From the NCBI RefSeq assembly GCF_902713615.1, contig NC_052154.1, forward strand, positions 81,137,072 to 81,201,071: a stretch of 64,000 nt of DNA, written 5' to 3'. The translations under genes and the position numbers were made by a program. Under the pieces are notes generated by a model. That model was not told the origin of the DNA. It did no database searches and saw only the letters and a list, made by a program, of their open reading frames with translations. Shown piece after piece: positions 51,999-64,000 of the stretch. The stretch comes from Scyliorhinus canicula (Eukaryota). How positions within the stretch are numbered: the first letter of the stretch is position 1; each line of letters begins with the position of its first letter.

Positions 51999-52804
51999 GA
52001 TGTGGAGATGCCGGCGTTGGACTGGGGTGAGCACAGTAAGAAGTCTTACAACACCAGGTTAAAGTCCAACAGGTTTGTTTCAAACACGAGCGTTCGGAGC
52101 ACGGCTCCTTCTTCAGGTGAATGGAAAGGCTTGTTCCAGAAATGTTTATATAGACACAGTCAGAGATGCCCCGGAATGCGAGCACCTGCAGGCAATCAAA
52201 TCATCAAAGATGCAGAGAGAGAGGTAACTCCAGGTTAAAGAGGTGTGAATTGTCCCAAGCCAGTTCAGTCGGTAGGCCTCTGCAAGTCCAGGCTTGTTGG
52301 TGGGGGCCGAATGTAATGCGACATGAATCCCAGATCCCGGTTGAGTCCGCATTCATGCGTGCGGAACTTAGCTATAAGTTTTTGCTCAGCAATTTTGTGT
52401 CTATATTGTGTCTGTGTCTATATAAGGAGACGCGACAACGCAAAATTGCTGAGCAAAAACTTATAGCTAAGTTCCGCACGCATGAATGCGGACTCAACCG
52501 GGATCTGGGATTCATGTCGCATTACATTCGGCCCCCACCAACAAGCCTGGACTTGCAGAGGCCTACCGACTGAACTGGCTTGGGACAATTCACACCTCTT
52601 TAACCTGGAGTTACCTCTCTCTCTGCATCTTTGATGATTTGATTGCCTGCAGGTGCTCGCATTCCGGGGCATCTCTGACTGTGTCTATATAAACATTTCT
52701 GGAACAAGCCTTTCCATTCACCTAAAGAAGGAGCCGTGCTCCGAAAGCTCGTGTTTGAAACAAACCTGTTGGACTTTAACCTGGTGTTGTAAGACTTCTT
52801 ACTG
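51999..52804. mobile_element. Penelope-like element 3' fragment with a 364-bp inverted repeat (fold-back)
   Basis: Arms 52034-52397 and 52441-52804 are near-perfect reverse complements. Encodes RQRKIAEQKLIAKFRTHECGLNRDLGFMSHY (GIY-YIG C-terminus-like). TSD-like ctgattttcca. Confidence 0.8.
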
Positions 52805-55614
52805 ATTTTCCAATCAGTGGCTCTGACAGAATGCGACGGGGTAGAGTATCAACGTTGTAATAAGTGACATGCATATGTTGGGAGAAACACATTAATACAA
52901 ATTATTATCAATCAGGTATATGCTTGGAAATGCCGCTCTTTTCCAGACGGAAATTAAGAACGGCCTCAAATGGAATTAAAACACTTTGGATACGTTCAAA
53001 CCCCGTTCACCGATTACATGGCTGTTTTGGAGGAAATATGTGTTGATGCAATTTACAAGGGGAGTCATCAAAGCGCCAATAGAAGACCTTGGAGAACAGG
53101 AAATGTGACAATGTTTCTGCAACGCAATTCCACCAGTCTCTCAGAACACGGTCAACCCGTGGCTTACTACTACTAATAATAATCTTTATAGTAATAATCG
53201 TTATTATCACAAGTAGACTTACATTAACACTGCAATCAAGTTACTGTGAAAAGCGCTTGCCCCCAGTAAGGAAGTTTTGTGCTATGAGCTCTTGGCGAAA
53301 GTATGAAAGGACTCAAGGTTGAAAGGAACGACTCCATAGTATGCAGATAAACAAGAAAATACAATAATGGCATTTGGGAAGACACAAAGCAACACACGAA
53401 AAGTGTTTTTTAAAAAGCAAAGATACAAATGCCTTACGTAGAAGAGCTTCATCTGTACCGAGAGTGGTGTTAGAAATGTTGCAATGTTACATGTGAAGTA
53501 GAATATCTGTGGCGTGTGAACAGCAACTGTTCTTTTGGTTACTCTGAAACATTCGATGTGAAATTGCCTTTGATATTCATTAGCACGCACATTTGCAACG
53601 TGCCACAATTATATTTAGGACTAGAGATGTGGGTGCTTCGAACAGAGCGACTGCAACACGTCCGTCAGATCAATAAGCAATTGGCCATGGTTAATATTTA
53701 GCAGCACATCTTGTCTCGACGGTAACTATATTGCAAACGGAGATAATTGGTTTTACTTTTTGAGAATGAGTAGAACGCCCACACATTAAACTGTACTTCC
53801 TGTAAATAGATGCATCACGTTGAATAATTATCGAAACAATCTCCCGCAGATCAGTGGGGCGATTTTCATCTGTTAATACCTTGAAGGAATACATGACGAT
53901 TACGAAGCCTCGAGTTGTTTCCATTGCCCTTGAACATTCCATAATATGTGATTGTGCACAAGGCATGTGGAAACAACACAAGGTCTTTAGATGAGGTAAG
54001 CCAATATGAAGGAACCCCTAGGAACAGGAATAAGGTATTCAGAGCCCCGAACCTGTCCCGCCATTCAATGAGATCATGACTGATCTGCGGCCTAATTCCA
54101 TATACCTGCCTTTGGTCCGTATCCCTTAATTCATTTGCTAAACAAAATTACATCTATCTCAGATTTAAAATTAACATCGGTTCTACTGTTAACTCCTCTT
54201 TGTGGGAGACAGTCCCAAACCTCTATCACATTATAGGAAGGATGTGGAAGCATTGGAAAGGGTGAAGAGGAGATTTACCAGGCTGTTGCCTGGTATGGAG
54301 GGAAGATCTTATGAGGAAAGGCTGAGGGACTTGAGGCTGTTTTCGTTCGAGAGAAGAAGGGTAAGAGGTGACTTAATTGAGGCATACAAGATGATCAGAG
54401 AATTAGATAGGGTGGACAGTGAGAGCCTTTTTCCTCGGATGCTGATGTCGAGCACGAGGAGACATAGCTTTAAATTGAGGGGAGATAGATACAGGACAGA
54501 TGCCAGAGGTAGGTTCTTTACTCAGAGAGTAGTAAGGGCATGGAATGCCCTGCCTACAACAGTAGTCGACTCGCCAACACTAAACGCATTCAAATGGTCA
54601 TTGGACAGGCATATGGACGATAAGGGAATAGTGTAGATGGGCTTCAGAGGGGTTGCACAGGTCGGCACAACATCGAGGGCCGAAAGGCCTGTACTGCGCT
54701 GTAATGTTCTATGTTCTATGTTCTATCATCCTTTGCGTGAAGAAATCCTTCCTAACATCGTGAACAAACTGGCCCTAATTTTTAAACCGTGCCACCAAGT
54801 TCAAAGGGATTGGAGCAACTGCAGGAAGGAGAATGAAGAAAGACGAGTTACAAAACACAATTGGAAATTCAATAAGATTCTCACATTCTTCAGTCCATTT
54901 TATTACAGAATACCATTCGAAAACTAAGACCCCAGTCCTTTTAATATGACAAAACTGTTAGATTAAAACGATCTCTCCTTAAAGCGGCATGTGAACAGTT
55001 TTATTCAAGGCATCATATCTAGGTTCATGAGTTTCTCCGCAGGCAAATCACAACAATATAAAGGGTTGGATCGTCCATTCCAAAGAATCAACTAAATTAA
55101 CATTGTGGAGGGGAGTTTGATGAGGATGGAAGGAGAAAATTAAATGGGTTGAACCTCACGAAGGTTTAACAAAAACGTTCCTCTGTATTTTTAAAATTGT
55201 ATATCAGTGAGTTTACAACCTTTTGTGTTTAAATACACTATTTCCTTTCATGAATGGGTTATCCAACAGATAGTTCCACACTGATTTTCCAATCAGTGGC
55301 TCTGACAGAATGCGACGGGGTAGATAGGGTATCAACATTGTAATAAGTGACATGCATATGTTGGGAGAAACACCTTAATACAAATTATTATCAATCAGGT
55401 ATATGCTTGGAAATTCCGCTGTTAGACAACTGGTGTATAATTTACCCTCGGAGCATGTGATTCAACCGCTCGAGCACGCTCTACCATTCAACAAGATCAT
55501 GGTTGATCTGATGACAGCTCATGTGACCAGAACTCCATTTTCCTGTCTATACCATATACCTCCCTTGTTAGTCAATAAACTATCCACCTCTCCGTTAAAA
55601 ATATTCAAAACACT

Positions 55615-58280
55615 GGGCGGGATTCTCCATCAGTTGACGCTGAAATCGGAAAAAAGGTGATTGGGCAGAGAATTGGTCTTGACACCAAAATCGTGGCCAG
55701 CGCTGGGTTCACGCCAAATCGCAATTGTCCGGTGCCTCGACAGCAGCATCAATGCGTTCCACTCCTCACGTACAGTAAATACTGTTGTCATACCATTAGC
55801 GGGCCTGACGCGGTATTCCCTGGGGCTTTCACGATGCTCTGCCTCCATCGGGGGAGATTTCCGATGGCGAGGTCCACTTGTGCTTTTAAAATTCGGGAGA
55901 CAAGCAGCGTGGCTGATAAGGGAGAGAAAGGAGGTAGGACATGCAGAGGTGCAACTGAGGCCTGCCGGTCCTGAAACTGCTGGCGTGGCTGGGGGGAGCC
56001 CTGCCAGGTCTGGTGGAGAGGTGATGGGCTTTGGGGCCGGCGTGACCCAACACGGAACTGGGGCGGTATCCAGGCACAGAACACCATTGACATGGCCTTC
56101 AAGGCACCCATCTTGCTGTGCACCCAACTGACTGCCCACATTGGCCCATGGTTGTGCAGAGTGACACTGGCCGTATGGGTGCCCCGGCCCCAACATCCAC
56201 TGCACCACAGCACCCATCCTCCAACCCATCACCAATAGGCTGAGCAGGAGGAGGAGGTGCAAATAAGGCACAATTTGTAGCCTCGTTTGTACAGGCGGCG
56301 CTGGTCGTTCGAGGACCTGATGTACCAGGCATGCTATCGAAGACTCTGGTTGAGCAGGGTGGCAGTGTGGCATATTTGCACCGGGCACCGCGGGGCAAAT
56401 GTGGAGGACACCCGCTCCCACCAACCATCAAGTTGATGGTTGCCCTTACCTTTTACGCCAATCGGTCCTTCCCGGTGCCAAATGGAGGCCTATCCAGGAA
56501 CTCACATTGCTCAGTGCACAGGTGCATCCATGCCTTCATGGAGGCCCTATATGCCCAGTCGGCACACTAGATCCGTTTCAATGTGAACCAAGTCCACCAG
56601 GGTGACTGGGCAGCGGGGTCCATTACCATCGCCAATGTGTCCAGAGGGTAATCGAAGGGATGCATGCCGCCCTACAAGCACCTGCAGATCGCAGGCCACT
56701 GTTCAGGAACAGAAAGGGGTTCCATCTGATAAACGTGCAGCTGATATGTGACCTTCAGATGTGCAAATAGCATGTCAGTGCCCAATACCCGGGCACTGTG
56801 CGCAACACCTTCATCCTTGCACACCCGACGGTACCTGGCCTCTTTGAGCCGTACCCCTGGTTGGGGGGGGGTTGGCTCCTGGATGACAGGGGTTATCCCC
56901 CCCATCCACCCACTCCCATGAACACCCTCCACCCCCAATTTCCCCTTATTGCAAGCTTCTCCGGGATTCATAACTGCCTTAGTATGAAGTGCGGAACCTG
57001 GATTGGCAGTAAATGTATGTCCTGCCCTTGGGATAGAGGATGATGACAACCTGCTCTGGGGTGAGCTCTGCTGCTCTGCATTGTTTGACCACATCTGCCA
57101 TCTACCCACAGTAGCACCTTCCGACGTCCACCTGGGTCATCACTCTGAAAACTCGCCATTCCATCACACAGCCTCACCGAACCTCTGGGGGATGGACATT
57201 GGGACTGTGGAGTATGTGACGGGTGGGGGTTTGACATTGGTGTGGTGAAAACTGACTGATCTGAGGTACCTGGGCCAAGCCCACCCACAACATCCTTCCA
57301 TTCACCCCTTCGTGCCCTGCGGAAGTTTCCTCAGACAAGCCCACCCCTCAGACATTTCTGACAGAGCACCAAGGCAGGTTGTAATGGTGTGCACGGGTGT
57401 TTTATGTAGAGAAATCAAATGTATATAGGTTTGTGCCTTATCCACTAATGGTATACAATGGCCTGCACCCATGCCAACTTTACTGTGTGTATTTGCTGGT
57501 CTTACATTCCCTAATGCTACGTATAGGTGGATCCCCAGATGGTACACCAGGAGTGGATGTGGCCTGCTGTGATTCCTGTCCTGTGATCTGGGTCCCCTTT
57601 GGCAGTTGTCTTCCTGGGCGATCGAGCCTGGATTGGCTGCTCTGGTGTCCCAGGTGGTGTGGTGCCTCCTGAGCAGCCATCTGTCCATGTGTTGCGCCAG
57701 GGACAGGAGTGGGGAGTCTGAGGCACTGTAGTGTTCCGGCACCACCCCTGTGGGAGTCACAGCCATGGGCCCATCACCTCCTCCTCCCTCAGTGTGTCCA
57801 ATGGCCGGGGAGGAAGGCCAGTAGAGAGGAAAGAGAAAATTCACTGTGTTAAACTTGCAACATGCAGCCCAGGAGGTGCGTGGGTGGTGGCTTCCATTGC
57901 AAGTTTAGCCGGCCATGGCGGCTGGTATGGTTGCTGGCATGTGGTACAGGGTAGGGGTTCGGGCACCCTCCGGATTGGGGTGGGGGGGGGAGATTGGTGT
58001 CCAGTCTGGACAGTGTTGCCCATGGCACATATGATCTCTGCCATTTCGCACATGCCTGGTGAACACTGGCGGCTGCCCGCATCCTTCCCACCCCAGGGTA
58101 CAGGGTCGCCCACCTCTCCTCCACTGCGTCCAGCAGGATCTCCAGTTCCACATCATTGAAAATCAGGTCCCTGTGTCTTGCTGCCATCTTATTGGCTGGG
58201 ATAGTGTTTGGGGGGATTGAAGTATGTATATGTATATGTAGCTGCCGCTTGTCAGCCTCCTGAGTGGGGATTAGAACATG
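55615..58280. mobile_element. PIF/Harbinger DNA transposon, degenerate: transposase (+) and Myb/SANT-like partner gene (-)
   Basis: TIR-like start gggcgggattctcc. Plus-strand fragments GGHPLPPTIKLMVALTFYA...SVHRCIHAFMEALYA and WLLDDRGYP are HARBI-like. The convergent minus-strand ORF has MAARHRDLIFNDVELEILLDAVEERWATLYPG. Many frameshifts, and the right TIR was not found. Confidence 0.85.
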
Positions 58281-58289
58281 ATGGACATT

Positions 58290-58846
58290 GTGCATAGCCT
58301 TAGTAAATGTTTATAACCTAATTAGTGGGGTAGATATTATGTTGTTAATGGAAGGAGCCAGGAGCTGAAGAATTCAGTTGTTGAGTTTTGTTTTGATATG
58401 TCTGCGAATGGACTTCCGAAAACAGGAAATTAAAGATTTGACTATGAACAGAACTGAAGTGTTTCTTGTTAAATACTGGGAAGATAAACAGCAGCTTGAC
58501 GCAGTCAACAATCTACAAGCTGGTTCCTGAAGGATCAGTCCCTCTCAAAACAGTTTACCCAAGACAGCGCTATGAAACAAGTATTGCTGGGTCTGCTAAC
58601 AATATTTAAACGTGGGGTTTTGACCTGAGATGGGTTTGATTAATTCGAGGTGAAAATATAGCATGAGGAGAAAACGTGTTTCATTTTATTGTTAAGCATC
58701 TTTAAACTGGAAATATTAGTTATTTTATATTATGATGTTATGTTTAATTTAATAGAGCGGGAATAATAAAGTTTGTATTAATGCACAATATTGTTATTTG
58801 TGTGTGGAATTACTTCTGGGGTGCAATATCCTTTCTTTAGTCTTAC
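58290..58846. mobile_element. Solo-LTR-like element next to the truncated Harbinger end
   Basis: TG...gtcttaCA ends and AATAAA at about 58766. Confidence 0.3.
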
Positions 58847-58879
58847 AAATTAAATTGAATATCGAGATTTCTGTGAGGT

Positions 58880-60410
58880 ATCTTCGCAACTGTTAGGGGT
58901 CTTAATACAAGAATATCTTCCTTCGGATGAGGAGACAAAACTGCAAACAGTATTCCAGATTTGGTCTCACCAAGGCCCTGTATAACGGAAACAAGATACC
59001 CCTGTTCCTGTACTCGAAGCCTCTCGCTATGAAGGCCAAAATACCATTTGCCTCTTTCCCCACGTGCTGCCGTATGCAACTTGTGTAAAAGGACACCCAG
59101 GTCTCGTTTCACATTCTCCTTTCCTGATCTTTAGTCCTTCAAATATTAATTTGCCTTCTGGGTTTTGGTTCCAAAGTGGATCACCTCACATTTATATACA
59201 TTATATTGCATCTGCCATGCACTTGCCCACTCACGCAATTGTCCAAATCACACTGAAGCAAATCTGCATCCTCATCACAGCTCACTAACCCCCCCCCCCC
59301 CCCCCCCCAACAACTTTGTGTCACTTAAAAATTTGGAGATATTGCATTTAGTTCCCTCATCTAAGTCATCAATATACATTGTGAATAACTGGGGTTCGAG
59401 CACGTATTCCTGCAGTATCCCACTGGTCACTAGCCGCCACTTGGAAAAATACTTGTTTGTTCCTTTCCTTGTTTCTTGACTGCCGACCAGCTTCCTATCC
59501 ATATCAGGACACTACCACAATCCCATATGCTTTAATTTTACACGCATTCTCTTATCTAGGACCCTGTTGAAATCGTTCTGAATCTCCAATTAAAGCACTG
59601 GTTATCCATCATCTACTCTATCAGTAATGTTTTCGAAGAATTTCAGTAGATTTGTCAAGCATGATTTCCATTTTGTAAATCCATGCTGACTCTGTTAGAT
59701 CCTGCCACTTTTATCCAAGTGATGTGCAATAAAATATTTTATAATGGACACTAGCATTGTCCCCAACGTTGGACTGACTGGTCGACAATCCCCCTTTTCT
59801 CTTTTACCTCCCGTTTTACATAGTGGGATTACATTCACTACCTTCCAATATATAGGAACTATTCCAGAGTCTATAGAATGTTGGAAGATGACCAGCAATG
59901 CATCTACTATTTCTAGGGCCACTTGAGTACGTGCTCTGGGTTGTGGATTATCAAACTATGGGGATTTATCAGTCTTCTATCGCATCATGCTCCCCAACAT
60001 CATTTCCTTACGAGTACTGATTTTCTTCAGTTCCTCCCTCTGACTAGACTCTGTGTTCATCAACATTCCTATAAAATTATGTATGTACTCCGTCATGAAG
60101 GCAGAACACACTATATATTTAGTTGGTCAACCATTTCTTTGTTCCCACTGAGACATTTGCTTGTTCCTGTCTTTGATTTGTCTTAACCAATCGTTTTGTC
60201 TCCCCATAACTAAAAGGGTCTTAAAGTCAGTTTTTATGTTCCCTGCAAGCTCAGTCTCATACTTTATTACCCCTTTTCATCACTTTATTTGTCCTCCTTT
60301 GTAGAATTCTAAACTGCTCCCAATTCTCAGGAGTCTTGTTTTTTTTTCTGGCCAATGTGTATGCCTCCTCATTGGATGTAATACTTTCTCTAATTTCCCT
60401 TGTAAGACAT
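58880..60410 (-). mobile_element. CR1 LINE RT fragments
   Basis: NKYFSKWRLVTSGILQEYVLEPQLFTMYIDDLD and LYRALVRPNLEYC. Confidence 0.8.
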
Positions 60411-60412
60411 AG

Positions 60413-60806
60413 TTTCATAGAATCATAGAATTTACAGCGCAGCAGGAGGCCATTCGGCCAATCGAATCCTCTGCAGCCCTTGGAAAGAGCACCCAATTTC
60501 AGCCCATGACTCCACGCTATCCCTGTAACCCTGTAGCCCCACCTAACCTTTGTACACTAAGGGGAAATTTAGCATGGCCAATCCATTTAACCTGCACATC
60601 TTTGGACTGTGGGAGGAAACCAGAGCACCCGGAGGAATCCCACTCAGACACAGGGAGAAAGTCCAATCTGCACATAATCACCCAAGACCATTTTCATTTT
60701 CATTTTTCATTTCATTTTCATTTCATTTCATTTCAAGACCAGAATTGAACACGTGTCCTTGGAGCTGTGAGGTAGCAGTGCTAACCACTGTGCCGCCGTG
60801 CCGCCC
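60413..60806 (-). mobile_element. V-SINE/HE1-like SINE with an inserted (CATTT)n run
   Basis: Same head, core and tail. Insert at 60691-60733. Confidence 0.8.
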
Positions 60807-61059
60807 CCAGGGAGGCAAAGACCAACTCATCAGTCTCTCTTCCCACCTGCACTCCCGCATCATCTGAAACTCCAAATATTGCTACCCACAGGTTCAGAGC
60901 CACCTTCAACTCGCAACCTTCCACATAATTCCTAGAATGGTCTCCCAAAACACCTCCAACTTCAGACATGCCCAAAACCTGTCGACATGATTCGACGCTC
61001 TCCTTGTGCACCGCCTTCATCTATCTTCCAACCCCAGAAAGAACCCATTCATCCTTGAC

Positions 61060-64000
61060 ACCACCATTTTTTTAAAAAAATAATTTTTATTGAAATTTTT
61101 ACAAAATATAAACAACTCAACTCTATTAACAAACCAACTGCGGTAACACCCCAAGAACAATTCCCACCCAACTTCAAAAGCAACTACAAACAAAAGAAAA
61201 AAACAAAACAAAAGAACACCCAACAACAAAAGGGAAAGAGATAACACCCGCCACATCCCACAAACCCATGTACACAGTTCTCCCTCCCCCCGATCCAAAC
61301 CCACCCCCTCCCTCCCTCCCTCCGCCCCCCCTCCCCCCGAGTTGCTGCTGCTGCCGGCCTATTTCCCTACCGTTCCGCCAGGAAGTCCAGGAAAGGCTGC
61401 CACCGCCTAAAGAACCCTTGCACCGCTCCCCTCAGGGCAAATTTCACCTTCTCCAATTTAATGAACCCCGCCATATCATTGATCCAGGCCTCCATGCTTG
61501 GGGGCCTCGCATCCTTCCATTGGAGCAAGATCCTCCGCCAGGCTACTAAGGATGCAAAGACCAGAACACCGGCCTCTTTCGCCTCCTGCACTCCCGGCTC
61601 CACTGCAACCCCAAAAATTGCGAGTCCCCAGCCTGGCTTGACCCTGGATCCCACCACCCTCGACACCGTCCTTGCTACCCCCTTCCAAAACTCCCCCAGC
61701 GCCGGGCACGCCCAAAACATATGGGCGTGATTCGCTGGGCTCACCGAGCACCTAGCACACCTGTCCTCGCCCCCGAAAAACCTACTCATTCTCGTCCCAG
61801 TCATGTGGGCCCTATGCAGCACCTTGAACTGTATGAGGCTAAGCCTCGCACAGGAAGAGGAGGAATTCACTCTCTCCAGGGCATCCGCCCACGTGAGGGC
61901 CTCAATCTCCTCACCCAGCTCCTCTTCCCATTTACCCTTCAGTTCCTCCACCGAGGACTCGTCTACCTCCTGCATCACCCGGTGTATGTCCGAAATCCTC
62001 CCTCCTCCAACCCACACCCCCGAGAGCAACCTGTCCTGTACCCCATGTGGGGGCAGCAAGGGGAACCCCTCCACCTGCTGCCTGGCAAACGCCCTCACCT
62101 GCATGTACCTAAACATGTTCCCGGGGGGAGCCCAAACTTCCCCTCTAACTCCCCCAAGCTCGCGAACCTCCCCTCCACAAACAGGTCCCTCAACCTCCTA
62201 ACCCCTGCCCTGTGCCAGCCCAGGAATCCGCCATCAATGCTCCCTGGGACAAACCGATGGTTCCCCCGTATCGGGGCCTCCATCGAGCCCCCCACTTCTC
62301 CCCTATGCCGTCTCCATTGCCCCCAGATTTTGAGGGTAGCCGCCACCACCGGGCTCGTGTTATACCTTGTTGGAGGGAGCGGCATGCCGTTACCAGCGCC
62401 TCCAGGCTCGTGCCCACACATGACGCCGCCTCCATCCTCTTCCATGCTGCCCCTTCCTCGTCCATTACCCACTTACGCACCATCGCTGCGTTGGCAGCCC
62501 AATAGTACCCACAGAGGTTGGGCAACGCCGGCCCCCCCCCCCCCTATCCCTGCCTTGTTCCAGGAACACTCTTCTCACCCTCGGGGTCCCATGCGCCCAC
62601 ACAAATCCCGTGATACTCCTGTTGACCCTCCTAAAAAAGGCCTTCGGGATAAGGATGGGGAGGCACTGGAACAGGAACAAAAACCTCGGGAGCACCGTCA
62701 TCTTAACGGACTGCACCCTCCCCGCCAGTGACAGCGGTAACATATCCCACCTCTTAAACTCCTCCTCCATCTGCTCCACCAACCTTGTGAGGTTAAGCTT
62801 GTGCAGGGCCCCCCAGCTCCCAGCCACCTGGACCCCTAGGTTTACGAAGCTCTTCCCTGACTGCTTCAATGGGAGCCTACCAATCCCCTCCTGTTGATCC
62901 CCCGGATGCACCACAAACACCTCACTCTTGCCCAGGTTCAACTTATACCCCGAGAAACCCCGAATTCACTAAGAATCCTCATCACCTCCGGCATCCCCCC
63001 CCACCGGGTCCGCCACATACAGCAACAGGTCGTCCGTATACAGCAACACTCGATGCTCCTCCCCACCCCGCACCAGGCCCCTCCAGTTCCCTGACTCGCT
63101 CAATGCCATAGCCAGGGGCTCAATCACCAACGCGAAGAGCCGGTACAGCCCGGTACAGCCAAAAGTACTCCGACCTCCTCCTTTTTGTGGCTACACTCGC
63201 CATCAGGGCCTCGTAGAGCAGCCTCATCCACCGGATAAACCACTCCCCAAACCCAAACCTCTCCAACACCTCCCACAAATACTCCCACTCAACTCTATCA
63301 AAGGCCTTCCCCGCATCCAATGCCACCACTATCTCCGCCTCCCCTTCCATGGCCGGCATCATAGTGACATTGAGGAGCCTTCGCACGTTCGTATTCAACT
63401 GCCTACCCCTCACAAACCCCGTCTGGTCCTCATGAATGACCCCGGGCACGCAATCCTCTATTCTAGTGGCCCGGATCTTTGCCAGCAGCTTAGCATCGGC
63501 GTTCAGCAACGAAATCGGCCTATATGACCCGCACTGCAGAGGGTCCTTGTCCCGCTTCAGGATCAAGGAAATCAGCGTCCGTGACATAGTTGGGGGCAAA
63601 GCCCCCCCCCCCCCTCCCTTGCCTCGTTAAAGGTCCGGACCAACAGGGGGCCCAACAGGTCCAAATACCTTTTATAAAATTCCGCCGGAAACCCGTCCGG
63701 CCCCGGCGCCTTCCCCGACTGCATGCTCCCTATCCCTTTGACCACCTCCTCCAGCTCGATCGGCGCCCCCAGTCCCTCCACCTGCTCCTCCTCCACCCTC
63801 GGGAATCGCAGCTTGTCCAAGAAGCGCCCCATTCCACCCCCCTCCACCGGGGGCTCCGACCGGTACAGTTCTCCATAGAAGTCTCTGAAGACCCCATTAA
63901 CATCTATTCCCCTCCGCACCACCTTCCCAGCCTTATCCGTCACTCCCCCAATCTCCCTGGCCGCGTCCCGCTTTCGGAGCTGGTGTGCCAGCATCCTGCT
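61060..64000 (-). mobile_element. L1-clade LINE ORF2 3' part, younger copy, continuing past the window end
   Basis: ORFs contain GKAPGPDGFP, SYRPISLLNADAKLLAK, VALDAGKAFDRVEW, LYADD region, and CARCSVSPANHAHMFWAC. The 3' UTR and poly-A are at 61060-61360. Confidence 0.92.

Larger units (their letters stand above)
49288..55420. repeat. Head-to-tail tandem segmental duplication (copy A 49288-52937, copy B 52938-55420)
   Basis: Both copies begin cttttccaga(t/c)ggaaattaagaacggcctcaaatgg and end ...caggtatatgcttggaaat(g/t)ccgct. They are colinear apart from two insertions in copy A. Confidence 0.92.

Noticed and set aside
61721-62731. 336-aa plus-strand ORF
   Set aside because: Antisense frame of the GC-rich L1 ORF2.

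Overview
Eukaryotic (vertebrate) genomic DNA, very likely from a shark. This is inferred from the repeat content: tRNA-derived V-SINE/HE1-like SINEs, DeuSINE-like SINEs, CR1, RTE and L1-clade LINEs, Penelope fold-back fragments and PIF/Harbinger remnants. The main content is a divergently transcribed pair of intact, multi-exon immunoglobulin-superfamily receptor genes. Both have a 55-nt leader exon, one exon encoding a germline-joined VJ-type domain, a C1-set exon and a TM exon. Gene A (minus strand, 8329->3123, about 355 aa) has an uncharged TM and a tail with an ITIM (LHYATL) and an ITSM-like motif (TEYAQL), so it looks inhibitory. Gene B (plus strand, 30635->~36041, about 259 aa) has an Arg in the TM and probably only a few cytoplasmic residues, so it looks like an adaptor-coupled activating receptor. 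Together they resemble a non-rearranging, antigen-receptor-like paired activating/inhibitory system (SIRP/NKp30-like). The window also has an intron-containing tRNA-Tyr(GTA) gene, a decayed promoter+V duplicate in front of gene B, a ~2.5-kb tandem duplication with copy-specific retroelement insertions, and a decayed env-like remnant. Exon boundaries were read by eye from splice signals and phase. No database searches were run.
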